Assembly: GCA_043771985.1 (NCBI GenBank)
Contig: JAYVGQ010000100.1
Location: forward strand, 19,700-83,699
Length of the DNA stretch: 64,000 nucleotides
Source: Sphingomonadales bacterium
GTDB taxonomy: Bacteria > Pseudomonadota > Alphaproteobacteria > Sphingomonadales > Sphingomonadaceae
Direction: 5' to 3'
Numbering within the stretch: the first letter of the stretch is position 1; every line of letters starts with the position of its first letter. The notes below the pieces were generated by a model. That model was not told the origin of the DNA and did not search any database. It saw nothing but the letters and a program-made list of their open reading frames with translations. This document shows, piece after piece, positions 1 through 8,718 of the stretch. Made by a program: the position numbers and the translations under genes.

Positions 1-410
1 ATCGCCCAACCGCGCAGCAGCGCAGGATCGCCCCCTGTGACCGCCAAATAGACAATGGCGGGGACGATCATTCCCGCGGCTGCTGCAATCACCGGTAAGC
101 GGCGATAGGCCCAAGTCGACAGATGACCATCAACAAATTCGCGCTTAATCTCTAACCCGACTAGCAGGAAGAACACTGCCATCAACCCATCATTGATCCA
201 CAAATGCACTGTCATGGGCCCCAATTTGGGCGCCAATTCGGGCCCTGTCACCGCATGGACAAAATGGAAATAGGCTTCGGACAGTGCAGAATTTGCTAGC
301 ATCAACGCCAACGTCGCAACCAACATCAAGATGATACCGCCAGCCGCTTCGCTGCGCAGAAACTCTCGTAAAGCGGAACGGACTGGCCGTTTAGGACTGG
401 TTTCAATCAA
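1..410 (-). CDS. nhaA: Na+/H+ antiporter NhaA (partial, 3' end outside window)
   Basis: Not in the ORF track. Reverse-strand translation from TTG at 410 gives IETSPKRPVRSALREFLRSEAAGGIILMLVATLALMLANS...HLWINDGLMAVFFLLVGLEIKREF...RRLPVIAAAAGMIVPA...LLRGWAI, the NhaA signature segments. Confidence 0.92.
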   Translation of the reverse strand, partial: MIETSPKRPVRSALREFLRSEAAGGIILMLVATLALMLANSALSEAYFHFVHAVTGPELAPKLGPMTVHLWINDGLMAVFFLLVGLEIKREFVDGHLSTWAYRRLPVIAAAAGMIVPAIVYLAVTGGDPALLRGWA

Positions 411-528
411 GCGGATAAGCCTTCTAAAAACAATAGCATGTAAAATGATATTTGCGCTATCAGGTAACGTATCTATCGGAAACGGGGCATTAGGCAGACA
501 GTCATGCAAGCATCGACGCAAGCATGCA

Positions 529-1035
529 ATGGGGGCGGCAATCAATGATTTTTTTGGCCATTACAGTCTAAAGCACATGGAGGTTGCGACGATCCAGCGT
601 TTGACCGAGCGTCAGAAAGATTGCCTGCGTTTGGTTGCGCAGGGCTATACTTCTAAAGAAATTGGGCGGGCGCTAGACCTTTCGCCGAGCACTGTTGATA
701 ACCATATCCTAACAGCAGTTCAATCGATGAACGCCAGTAGCCGCGGTGAAGCGGCGCGTTCTTTGACCAGTATCGAAACTAGGCAAAAACTGCCTAGGGA
801 ATCACAAGCCCTTGCCGAATCAGCGCAATCCGGGCTTTTGTCGGCCACGGCGGAAACGCCAGAGTTAGCATTAAGGAATCGCAAACTCTGGTCACTTCCG
901 CCCATCGGAGGGCAAAAGAATGAACTTGATAGTGCAGAAAGGTCGCTTCGCATCATCCAAGTTGCCGCGGTTGGGTTTGGGACCATAATGAGCCTGACCC
1001 TGCTGATTGCAGGAGCATTCAAAATTTTCAGCTAA
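529..1035 (+). CDS. LuxR/GerE-type HTH regulator with C-terminal transmembrane helix
   Basis: LTERQKDCLRLVAQGYTSKEIGRALDLSPSTVDNHI is a LuxR HTH; hydrophobic tail IIQVAAVGFGTIMSLTLLIAGAFKIF. Start is ATG 529 or ATG 577; the 331 start overlaps nhaA. Confidence 0.85.
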   Translation: MGAAINDFFGHYSLKHMEVATIQRLTERQKDCLRLVAQGYTSKEIGRALDLSPSTVDNHILTAVQSMNASSRGEAARSLTSIETRQKLPRESQALAESAQSGLLSATAETPELALRNRKLWSLPPIGGQKNELDSAERSLRIIQVAAVGFGTIMSLTLLIAGAFKIFS

Positions 1036-1099
1036 GGCTGACTTATCCAATAACTCGACCACATCGCGCTGTTGCAACTGCAATGGCGAAGGAGGAAAC

Positions 1100-1462
1100 A
1101 TGCTTAACATCCAAGATAACATCGGATTGCTTGTCGCTGAAGAAACACAAGGTGCGTTGCGCGCTATTGATGATGCCATTTTAACAAAACTTCGTCTGTG
1201 TACAACTTTGGTCGAGGCATTCGAAGAGACGAACTTGCCCGTCGGACCAAGCCAGAAATTGCTGCAGTCCATCGCAGCGGGGCTGAATCACATTGTTGCT
1301 GGTCGTGGCGAAATGGCACAAACAGTGCGAACGCTCACCGCGATCAAGACAGCCAGCAGCTTGCGGGAAACCAGCTATAATTGCCCCGGACCAACCCCGC
1401 CATTATCGGTTGTATCAGCAACACACCAGGACGCCGCCTGCCCAGTCGCTGCTTTTGGCTGA
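1100..1462 (+). CDS. Hypothetical 120-aa helical protein with Cys-Pro-containing C-terminal tail
   Basis: Strong SD AAGGAGG at 1089-1095 before ATG 1100; amphipathic helical body followed by ETSYNCPGP...DAACPVAAFG. Confidence 0.8.
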   Translation: MLNIQDNIGLLVAEETQGALRAIDDAILTKLRLCTTLVEAFEETNLPVGPSQKLLQSIAAGLNHIVAGRGEMAQTVRTLTAIKTASSLRETSYNCPGPTPPLSVVSATHQDAACPVAAFG

Positions 1463-1505
1463 TGTTCGTGGGTGGCTTTCAACTGCAGCATAGGGATCAG
1501 GAAAT

Positions 1506-1919
1506 ATGTTAATTATCGTCCTGGTCTGGATGTTGTTAGTGCTATGCAGCGTTTATGCCGCCGTCGCAGGGGGAACCACCGGCCGGATCGGCGCGGCGTT
1601 GAACGCTGGCGCGACGATCGCAACGTTATTCGCCCAATATGCAATGCCATGGTCCCAAACGCACGTTCCAGTCCTAATTGTCGATATGATGTTGATGGGT
1701 GCACTGTTTGCACTGGCGATGAAAAGCCAAGTATACTGGCCAATCTGGGCGGCGGGATTTCACCTGATAACTGTCACAGGACATGCCGCAACGCTGATAG
1801 TGCCCGATTTTCGCGCATCGCTGTATTACTACTTCAACGGCATGTGGGCCATTTTCGTACAGATGGCGATGGTTTGGGGAATAACCCTTGATCGCATGAT
1901 GATACCAAAACGAATTTAG
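1506..1919 (+). CDS. Hypothetical polytopic membrane protein (about 4-5 TM)
   Basis: 137 aa, almost entirely hydrophobic segments; VD and YWPIWAAGFHL segments; AGGA-like SD upstream. Confidence 0.85.
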   Translation: MLIIVLVWMLLVLCSVYAAVAGGTTGRIGAALNAGATIATLFAQYAMPWSQTHVPVLIVDMMLMGALFALAMKSQVYWPIWAAGFHLITVTGHAATLIVPDFRASLYYYFNGMWAIFVQMAMVWGITLDRMMIPKRI

Positions 1920-2050
1920 CCAACGTTTGATCGGTCCGGATTTCATACCGAACCAAAGTTTCCGACACCCCGTAATCTACGATGCTGCAAACCCGCTGCA
2001 TCGATAGGAGAAGTTTTGTGCCCGATTTCAGCGTAAACAAGTTCTGACGG

Positions 2051-3448
2051 ATGGACGGTCTAGGGGCCTTTATATTCCACGCGCGTGAGGAATTGCTGCT
2101 TTTTGGCGGATTCTGGTTCCTCGTCAGCGGTGTGGACGATCTAGTCGTTGACCTGGTCTGGGGCGGACGTGCGAGTTGGCGCTGGTTTACCAGGTACCGG
2201 AACACGCCCCCGATGCGCGCTGACCAATTGTCTTCACCGATGACGAACAGCCCCTTGGCGGTCTTTGTACCAGCTTGGCAGGAATCCGGTGTTGTCGAAC
2301 GGATGTTATCGAACTGCCTCTCTAGCTGGCAGCATTCGGGCGTCACCTATCGCATTTATGTTGGCTGCTATGCGAATGACCCTGCAAGTATCAGCGCCGT
2401 CATCGCTGCAGGATCGCAGAGCCGGCACATCCGGCTAGTGCTTTGCAAAACGCCGGGCCCAACGACGAAGGCCGATTGTCTTAATAGCCTTTGGCACGCG
2501 CTCACCCGCGACGAGCTCGCCGGAGGGTACAAAGCAAAGGCAGTCATTCTGCATGATGCCGAGGATTACGTACATCGGCTGGAACTGCGCGTTTACGACT
2601 ATTTAATTGAACGCGCGGCTGCTGTCCAATTGCCGGTTATCCCGATTGCGGTGAATGGTTCTGCATGGATCAGTGGCCATTATGGCGACGAATTCGCAGA
2701 AGCGCATGGTAAATCATTGGTCGTGCGTGAAGCCATTGGCGCCTCGGTTCCACTGGCGGGCGTTGGCTGCGCGATAGAGCGTAACCGGCTAGGGCGCATT
2801 GCCATCGCCCGCAACGGCGAGCCATTTGACGCCACCAGCCTGACCGAGGATTATGAGCTTGGGCTCGGCCTTGGTGCCGACGGCGGTAAAGTGATCTTTG
2901 CGCGGATGCTCGACGAAAAAGGCGCTCTGGTCGGAACGCGGTCGTGCTTTCCTGACACGTTCGAGGCGGCGACACGGCAAAAGGCGCGTTGGATGACAGG
3001 GATCGCGCTTGCCGGTTGGGACCGGCTTGGCTGGCGCGGTGGCGTCAGCGAAACATGGATGCGACTGCGTGACCGTAAAGCGGTATTTGCCGCAATCGTG
3101 TTGACCGCCGCTTATATTTGCATCGCGTTGACCGTCGTTTTAATCGGACTGCAGCATGCACAGCTCTATCGCGCGCCACCGATTTCTGACACCGTTCGGA
3201 CACTAATCTTGCTGACTTTGGTACTGTTGCTCTGGCGGATAGTCGTGCGCTTTATCTTCGTCCGGTTGATGCACGGTACCGGCCAAGCGTTTTTGTCAAT
3301 TCCGCGCACATTCGTTGCCAACATTATCGGCATCGTTGCTGCGCGCCGCGCGTGCTGGAATTACTTACTGCTCATATTCGGTGGGACATTGTGCTGGGAT
3401 AAAACGACGCACATGCATTTTCCCGGCAAGGCGGTGCAGCGTGGCTGA
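2051..3448 (+). CDS. GT2 glycosyltransferase, NfrB (phage N4 adsorption protein B)-like
   Basis: VFVPAWQE, GPTTKADCLN, ILHDAED, LTEDYELG and RQKARWMTGI (QxxRW) motifs, with N- and C-terminal TM segments. Confidence 0.85.
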   Translation: MDGLGAFIFHAREELLLFGGFWFLVSGVDDLVVDLVWGGRASWRWFTRYRNTPPMRADQLSSPMTNSPLAVFVPAWQESGVVERMLSNCLSSWQHSGVTYRIYVGCYANDPASISAVIAAGSQSRHIRLVLCKTPGPTTKADCLNSLWHALTRDELAGGYKAKAVILHDAEDYVHRLELRVYDYLIERAAAVQLPVIPIAVNGSAWISGHYGDEFAEAHGKSLVVREAIGASVPLAGVGCAIERNRLGRIAIARNGEPFDATSLTEDYELGLGLGADGGKVIFARMLDEKGALVGTRSCFPDTFEAATRQKARWMTGIALAGWDRLGWRGGVSETWMRLRDRKAVFAAIVLTAAYICIALTVVLIGLQHAQLYRAPPISDTVRTLILLTLVLLLWRIVVRFIFVRLMHGTGQAFLSIPRTFVANIIGIVAARRACWNYLLLIFGGTLCWDKTTHMHFPGKAVQRG

Positions 3449-4538
3449 TATACGCGGTCGCCCCTTTGCCTATGTTGCGCTGACGCTGTCAGTCTGGGTC
3501 GGTGCGCGGATCGTCATGTCGATGGACAACCATATGGCGCTTGCACCGCTTCCACTTGCGAAAGGCGCAGCGTCGCTTGTTGCGCAACAGACAACTGGCA
3601 CCGCGAGGATCGCTGCCTTTCCAAATCGCGTTAAAAAATTTGACGCGATGCCGCTCAGCCCTCCTCGGCTGCGCCGATACCCAGTTTTAACCAATTCCGG
3701 TCTCACCCCTGCCTACGACCCTTGGCAGGACGGTGGCCGGCCTCCCGGTTTTTCTTTAGCCGCCCTGGTCGCGGATAAAGACGAACCCCAAAGTGCGGGT
3801 AGGGACACCCCCCCGTCCACTACTTTGGCCCGTATGGGGGAGGCTGGCCCGCCAGAGCGAAGGTCTTCGCCGGCCATACGCGGCGGCGCTTTAAGCCGCT
3901 GGGGCGGCGAAGTTTACGCTTACAGCTTTTGGCGACAGTCGACCGGCGATGGTTCGGTTTTAGCCCCTGGCGCGCAATATGGTGGCAGCCAGTCGGGGAT
4001 AATTGGTACATTCGACCCTTTCGGTTCGCCTGATCGCGGACTTAGCATGCTGGCGCGTGGCTCGATAACGCCGGATGGGGATAATCGCGAAGTCGCACTC
4101 GGCATCCGCTGGCGGCCCGGCAGCAACTGGCCGCTGACGGTCAGCGCCGAGCGGCGGTTTCGCGCCGGTGCGCCGGATAGATTTGCTGCCTATTTGGCCG
4201 GTGGCGTTGATTCCCTGCCCATCGCCGGACGTTTGTCGCTCGACGCATTTGGGCAAGCTGGGTACGTAACGGGGAGGGGGAGTGGCGGTTTTTTCGACGC
4301 ACAAGCGAAGGCGATGTACCCGCTAACAAAAATTTCAGGCGTTCCGTTATCTGCCGGTGCAGGCGTCTGGGCGGGTGGGCAAAAGGACGCCCTGCGAGTC
4401 GACGTTGGCCCAACCCTGATTGGGAATATCGACACTGGGCCAACGACCATCTTAATCCAGCTTGATTGGCGGCTCCATGCCGCCGGGAATGCCGAACCAC
4501 AGAATGGGCTGGCGCTGACAATTTCCACCGGCTTTTGA
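3441..4538 (+). CDS. Putative outer-membrane beta-barrel protein with N-terminal anchor (NfrA-like position)
   Basis: GTG start overlaps the GT stop; N-terminal hydrophobic segment, Pro/Ala-rich linker, Gly/aromatic beta-strand-like C-terminal half ending in terminal Phe (LTISTGF). Confidence 0.65.
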   Translation: MADIRGRPFAYVALTLSVWVGARIVMSMDNHMALAPLPLAKGAASLVAQQTTGTARIAAFPNRVKKFDAMPLSPPRLRRYPVLTNSGLTPAYDPWQDGGRPPGFSLAALVADKDEPQSAGRDTPPSTTLARMGEAGPPERRSSPAIRGGALSRWGGEVYAYSFWRQSTGDGSVLAPGAQYGGSQSGIIGTFDPFGSPDRGLSMLARGSITPDGDNREVALGIRWRPGSNWPLTVSAERRFRAGAPDRFAAYLAGGVDSLPIAGRLSLDAFGQAGYVTGRGSGGFFDAQAKAMYPLTKISGVPLSAGAGVWAGGQKDALRVDVGPTLIGNIDTGPTTILIQLDWRLHAAGNAEPQNGLALTISTGF

Positions 4539-4577
4539 AACTTGCGCTTTCGCGGCGTGGCGCGTTAATATGCAGCA

Positions 4578-5933
4578 ATGAAAAAACACACAATATTCCT
4601 GTTGATCGGCGCTGTACTTTCGGTTGCTGCATGCACCGAAAAAGCGGTCGAACGCCCTGTTCCTAAAATTGCCGACATGACCCAAGAAAGTCCGGCGGCG
4701 GACAACAACACAGATGACCAGATGATGGGCATAGCGCATCAATATGTCCGCCTAACGCTGGAGGCGGGAACGCATGAGGCCGAATGGGTCGATGCCTATT
4801 ACGGACCGGAAGACTTGCGAGACTTCGCCAATAAATCTCCGCGCAGCAAAGACGCTGTGCTGACCGAGGTCGCCGCCCTGATCACCCGACTTGATACCAA
4901 AGTGCTGCAAAAGGAATATCGCAAAGATGTGCTCCAGCGCGCCCACGCGTTGCGCGGCATGCTGGTCGCGGCAGATACAAGAATGCGGATGTTGTCAGGA
5001 CAGAAATTTGCGTTCGACGATGAAGCCAAGGGCCAGTTTGCAACGGTGCCCTTGCTGAAACCGCTCAGCCATTATGATGCAATCCTTGACCGCCTTGAAA
5101 AGGAAATCCCCGGCACTGGCCCGCTCGCAACGCGCGTTGATGCGTTTAACGAACGCTTTGTGATCCCCAAAGAGCGGCTGAAGCTCGTTTTCGATGCCGC
5201 TATTGCCGAGTGCCGCAAACGCACTGCCGAGCATATCACACTGCCGACGGACGAAAGTTTCGTCATGGAGTTTGTCACCGGCAAACCGTGGTCGGGCTAT
5301 AATTATTATCAGGGTAAATATAAAAGCCTGATCCAGATCAACACTGACCTGCCGATCCGTATAAGCCGCGCGGTCGACCTTGGCTGTCATGAAGGCTATC
5401 CGGGTCACCATGTCCTAAACCTGATGATCGAGAGCAAGCTGTATCGCGGTAAGAACTGGACCGAGTTTTCGGTCAACCCGCTGTATTCGCCGCAAAGCGT
5501 GATTAGCGAAGGCAGCGCCAATTATGGCATCGACTTGGCGTTTTCCCCCAGTGAAAGATTGCAGTTTGAACGCAACGTTCTCTATCCGTTGGCGGGGTTG
5601 GACCCAAAAACGGCTGAGGCGTTTTGGAAGCTGCAACAAGCGACAGAGTCGCTTTCCGGCGCGCGGTTAACGATTGCCAAGCTCTATCTCGACGGCGAAA
5701 TTGACCGCCCACAGGCATTAGCGCTGACCGCGAAGTATCTGCTCGTCAGCCCCGAGCGCGCGGCGCAATCGGTTGGCTTTACCGATCATTATCGCAGCTA
5801 TGTGATCAACTATGGCTGGGGCAAAGAGCTGGTAAAAGGCTATGTCGAGCGCGGCAACCCGGACACGAACGAACGCTGGCGGCGGATGGAAAAAATACTG
5901 TCAGAGCCGGTGCTGCCTGCGGATTTGCAATAG
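4578..5933 (+). CDS. Lipoprotein, DUF885-like putative metallopeptidase
   Basis: Lipobox VAAC19; motif CHEGYPGHH plus downstream SEGSANY resemble the DUF885 HExxPGHH / EGxA motifs. Confidence 0.65.
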   Translation: MKKHTIFLLIGAVLSVAACTEKAVERPVPKIADMTQESPAADNNTDDQMMGIAHQYVRLTLEAGTHEAEWVDAYYGPEDLRDFANKSPRSKDAVLTEVAALITRLDTKVLQKEYRKDVLQRAHALRGMLVAADTRMRMLSGQKFAFDDEAKGQFATVPLLKPLSHYDAILDRLEKEIPGTGPLATRVDAFNERFVIPKERLKLVFDAAIAECRKRTAEHITLPTDESFVMEFVTGKPWSGYNYYQGKYKSLIQINTDLPIRISRAVDLGCHEGYPGHHVLNLMIESKLYRGKNWTEFSVNPLYSPQSVISEGSANYGIDLAFSPSERLQFERNVLYPLAGLDPKTAEAFWKLQQATESLSGARLTIAKLYLDGEIDRPQALALTAKYLLVSPERAAQSVGFTDHYRSYVINYGWGKELVKGYVERGNPDTNERWRRMEKILSEPVLPADLQ

Positions 5934-5934
5934 C

Positions 5935-6732
5935 CTAGGCTCGCTCAACCATAACCGATTGCCCGATCATATCGGCACGGCCGAATATCGTCATAAAGCT
6001 GATATCGGTCGCATCGCGGCCGACGGCTATACGCACCAGATTTTCCTCTGGTGCCAGCCGCGTTGCGTCAACAAGATGCCAACGACCATCCAAATAAACC
6101 TCAACCACCGCATGAAAATCGGGCGGGTTGATATCGAGCGCATAAGCCGAAACCATCCGCGCGGGAACGTCAGCGGCGCGGGCAAAGGTAATCAACAAAT
6201 GCGCAAAATCGCGGCAGACGCCGTGGCGGGTAATGAACGTATCGGTCGCGCTGCCGCCATTGCCGGGGCGTCCCGGCGCATATGCGATGTTTTTGTAAAT
6301 CCACTCCGCCATTTGCAAGATCCGATCGCCCGGCGTTTTTGCGTCAAAGCGCGTGGCGACGAAATTATCGTGGCGGTCGGATGGGCAATAGCGGCTGGGC
6401 ATCAGATATTGCACATAGGCTGGCGGTAATTCCGACAAGGGAACCGTCTCCAGCCCGGCAATCGCGGTCGGCGCCCGGTTGATCGTCGCAGTCGCAGTAT
6501 AGCGGATGTCAATCCGCCCCTGCGCATGCAGCCAAGTCCGCCGCCCAAGACCATCCATACCCTCAATGGTTTTGAGCGGCGAACAGTCCCCACCGACCTT
6601 CAACAAGTCGGTCAGCAAAGTCTGATCTGCCATCCCCGGAATAGCCTCCACCGCCAGCAACACATCGGACGCGCGCGGCAGGTGATAGTTCAAGGTAGCG
6701 TTGATAGAGACGGTATTAAGGGCAAAGTTCAT
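5935..6732 (-). CDS. Transglutaminase-like cysteine protease family protein
   Basis: GVCRDFAH, DFHAVVEVY and WHLVDAT supply the Cys-His-Asp triad motifs. Confidence 0.88.
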   Translation of the reverse strand: MNFALNTVSINATLNYHLPRASDVLLAVEAIPGMADQTLLTDLLKVGGDCSPLKTIEGMDGLGRRTWLHAQGRIDIRYTATATINRAPTAIAGLETVPLSELPPAYVQYLMPSRYCPSDRHDNFVATRFDAKTPGDRILQMAEWIYKNIAYAPGRPGNGGSATDTFITRHGVCRDFAHLLITFARAADVPARMVSAYALDINPPDFHAVVEVYLDGRWHLVDATRLAPEENLVRIAVGRDATDISFMTIFGRADMIGQSVMVERA

Positions 6733-6770
6733 ACCGCGCCCTTCGGCTTTTTACAGTGCGGACGCAACGA

Positions 6771-6810
6771 CAAAGGGCGGCCATTGCTGACCGCCCTTTG
6801 TTATTTTTTA
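6771..6810. terminator. Intrinsic terminator-like hairpin downstream of etfA
   Basis: Perfect 10-bp stem CAAAGGGCGG/CCGCCCTTTG with a flanking T-rich tract. Confidence 0.6.
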
Positions 6811-6823
6811 TGTCAGCTATTGT

Positions 6824-7753
6824 TCAGAGTTTGCCCGTCAACTCCGGCACCACATTAAACAAATCCCCAACCAAACCGATGTCCGCCACCTGAAAAATCG
6901 GGGCGTCTTCGTCTTTATTGATGGCGATAATGGTTTTGCTGTCTTTCATGCCTGCCAGATGCTGGATCGCGCCGGAGATGCCGATGGCGAAATAGATTTC
7001 TGGCGCAACAATCTTGCCGGTTTGGCCGACTTGATAATCATTGGGGACATAGCCTGCATCGACTGCGGCACGCGATGCGCCGACGGCGGCACCGAGTTTA
7101 TCGGCGAGCGGGAAGATATTGGCCTCAAACGTTGCTCCGTCCTTCAACGCGCGACCGCCAGAGACGATGATCTTTGCCGCTGTCAGTTCGGGACGTTCAA
7201 GCTTTGCAATTTCGCTGCCGACAAAGCTGGAGATACCTGCATCGCCGTTGCCCGATATAGCTTCAACCGCCGCAGAACCACCAGTCGCTTCAGCCTTGGC
7301 AAAGGCGGTGCCGCGGACGGTGATGACCTTTTTAGCATCCGTGGACTGCACCGTCGCAATCGCGTTGCCCGCATAGATTGGCCGCGTGAAGGTATCGGCG
7401 CTCTCGACGCTAAGAATGTCGGAAATTTGCATCACATCCAACAGCGCCGCAACGCGCGGGGCGATGTTTTTGCCGTGTGCGGTCGCCGGGAACAACGCAG
7501 CGTCATGATGACCCATCAGGCCCGCCACGAGGGGTGCAACGTTTTCGGCCAATTGATTGGCGAACGCTGCATCATCGGCGACATGCACCTTTGCAACACC
7601 GGCAACCTTTGCCGCAGCCTGCGCGGCAGCATCGCAATTATGGCCGGCAACGAGCACATGGACCTCGCCCAGTTGCGCAGCGGCAGTGATAACAGCCAAG
7701 GTTGCGTCCTTTAACGACGCGTTGTCATGTTCGGCATAAACGAGAACGGCCAT
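6824..7753 (-). CDS. etfA: Electron transfer flavoprotein alpha subunit
   Basis: [43 protein letters not shown]-binding signature. Confidence 0.97.
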   Translation of the reverse strand: MAVLVYAEHDNASLKDATLAVITAAAQLGEVHVLVAGHNCDAAAQAAAKVAGVAKVHVADDAAFANQLAENVAPLVAGLMGHHDAALFPATAHGKNIAPRVAALLDVMQISDILSVESADTFTRPIYAGNAIATVQSTDAKKVITVRGTAFAKAEATGGSAAVEAISGNGDAGISSFVGSEIAKLERPELTAAKIIVSGGRALKDGATFEANIFPLADKLGAAVGASRAAVDAGYVPNDYQVGQTGKIVAPEIYFAIGISGAIQHLAGMKDSKTIIAINKDEDAPIFQVADIGLVGDLFNVVPELTGKL

Positions 7754-8496
7754 TATGCGACTCCCATCTCTTTAAGTTTGGCGACCAGAGTATCTACGTC
7801 GGGAACTTTGATCCCCGCGCTGCGCACTGGTGGCTCGTTGACTTTCAATGTCTTCAAACGCGGCGATACGTCCACGCCGTAATCGGCGGGCGTCTTCATC
7901 GCCATCGGCTTTGACTTTGCCTTCATGATGTTTGGCAAAGACGCATAGCGCGGCTCGTTCAGACGAAGGTCAGTGGTGATGATCGCAGGGGTTTTCAACG
8001 AAACCGTTTCCGATCCGCCATCAACTTCGCGCGTTACCGACACGGCGTCGCCCGAGACTTCAACTGCGCTGGCAAAGGTGCCTTGCGGACGGCCGGTGAG
8101 TGCAGCGAGCATTTGCCCTGTCTGGTTCGAATCATCGTCAATCGCTTGCTTGCCAAGGATGACAAGGCCCGGGGCCTCTTCTTCCATGATCTTGGCGAGC
8201 AGCTTGGCGACACCCAAAGGTTCCACGTCCTCGGCAACCACAAGGATCGCGCGGTCCGCACCCATGGCGAGCGCGGTACGCAATGTTTCCTGCGCCTTTT
8301 CAGGCCCAACCGATACAGCGATGACTTCGGTCGCAGCACCCTTTTCACGTAAACGCAGCGCTTCTTCGACGGCGATTTCGTCAAACGGGTTCATGCTCAT
8401 TTTCACATTGTTCAAATCAACGCCAGTGCCATCGGGCTTTACCCGCGGCTTTACGTTATAATCGATCACCCGTTTTACGGGGACGAGGATTTTCAT
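7753..8496 (-). CDS. etfB: Electron transfer flavoprotein beta subunit
   Basis: [43 protein letters not shown]. Confidence 0.97.
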   Translation of the reverse strand: MKILVPVKRVIDYNVKPRVKPDGTGVDLNNVKMSMNPFDEIAVEEALRLREKGAATEVIAVSVGPEKAQETLRTALAMGADRAILVVAEDVEPLGVAKLLAKIMEEEAPGLVILGKQAIDDDSNQTGQMLAALTGRPQGTFASAVEVSGDAVSVTREVDGGSETVSLKTPAIITTDLRLNEPRYASLPNIMKAKSKPMAMKTPADYGVDVSPRLKTLKVNEPPVRSAGIKVPDVDTLVAKLKEMGVA

Positions 8497-8568
8497 GGGA
8501 CTGTTCCTTCTCCAATCGAATCACCGAACCGGCACGATAGCCGGGGGTTCAAATACTGCCCCCTTATG

Positions 8569-8592
8569 CTTGACGTTTACGTGAACGTCAAG
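8569..8592. promoter_or_regulatory. LiuR (MerR-family)-like operator overlapping the etfBA promoter
   Basis: 24-bp near-perfect palindrome CTTGACGTTTACGTGAACGTCAAG about 75 bp upstream of etfB; it contains two overlapping TT(G/T)ACGT-N2-ACGTNAA sites. Confidence 0.7.
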
Positions 8593-8615
8593 TGGGTGTT
8601 GCCAACTCCAGCGCT

Positions 8616-8706
8616 CGTCATGCTGAACTTGTTTCAGCATCCATTTCTCCATACAAACCGCCAGTTGAGGCTGATAGATGGACCCTGAAACAAGTTCAGG
8701 GTGACG
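8616..8706. repeat. REP/RPE-like palindromic element
   Basis: 29-bp inverted arms at 8616-8644 (CGTCATGCTGAACTTGTTTCAGCATCCAT) and 8678-8706, each self-palindromic. Confidence 0.85.
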
Positions 8707-8718
8707 GAGTTTTTACGG

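Noticed and set aside
331-528. N-terminal extension of the LuxR ORF to 234 aa
   Set aside because: It overlaps the nhaA 5' end on the opposite strand and the AT-rich promoter region, and it has no protein-like features.
6959-7714. Long opposite-strand ORFs over etfA and other core genes (for example 57539-58192, 62228-62863)
   Set aside because: They are typical antisense shadow ORFs of GC-rich genes, with no motifs or ribosome-binding sites.
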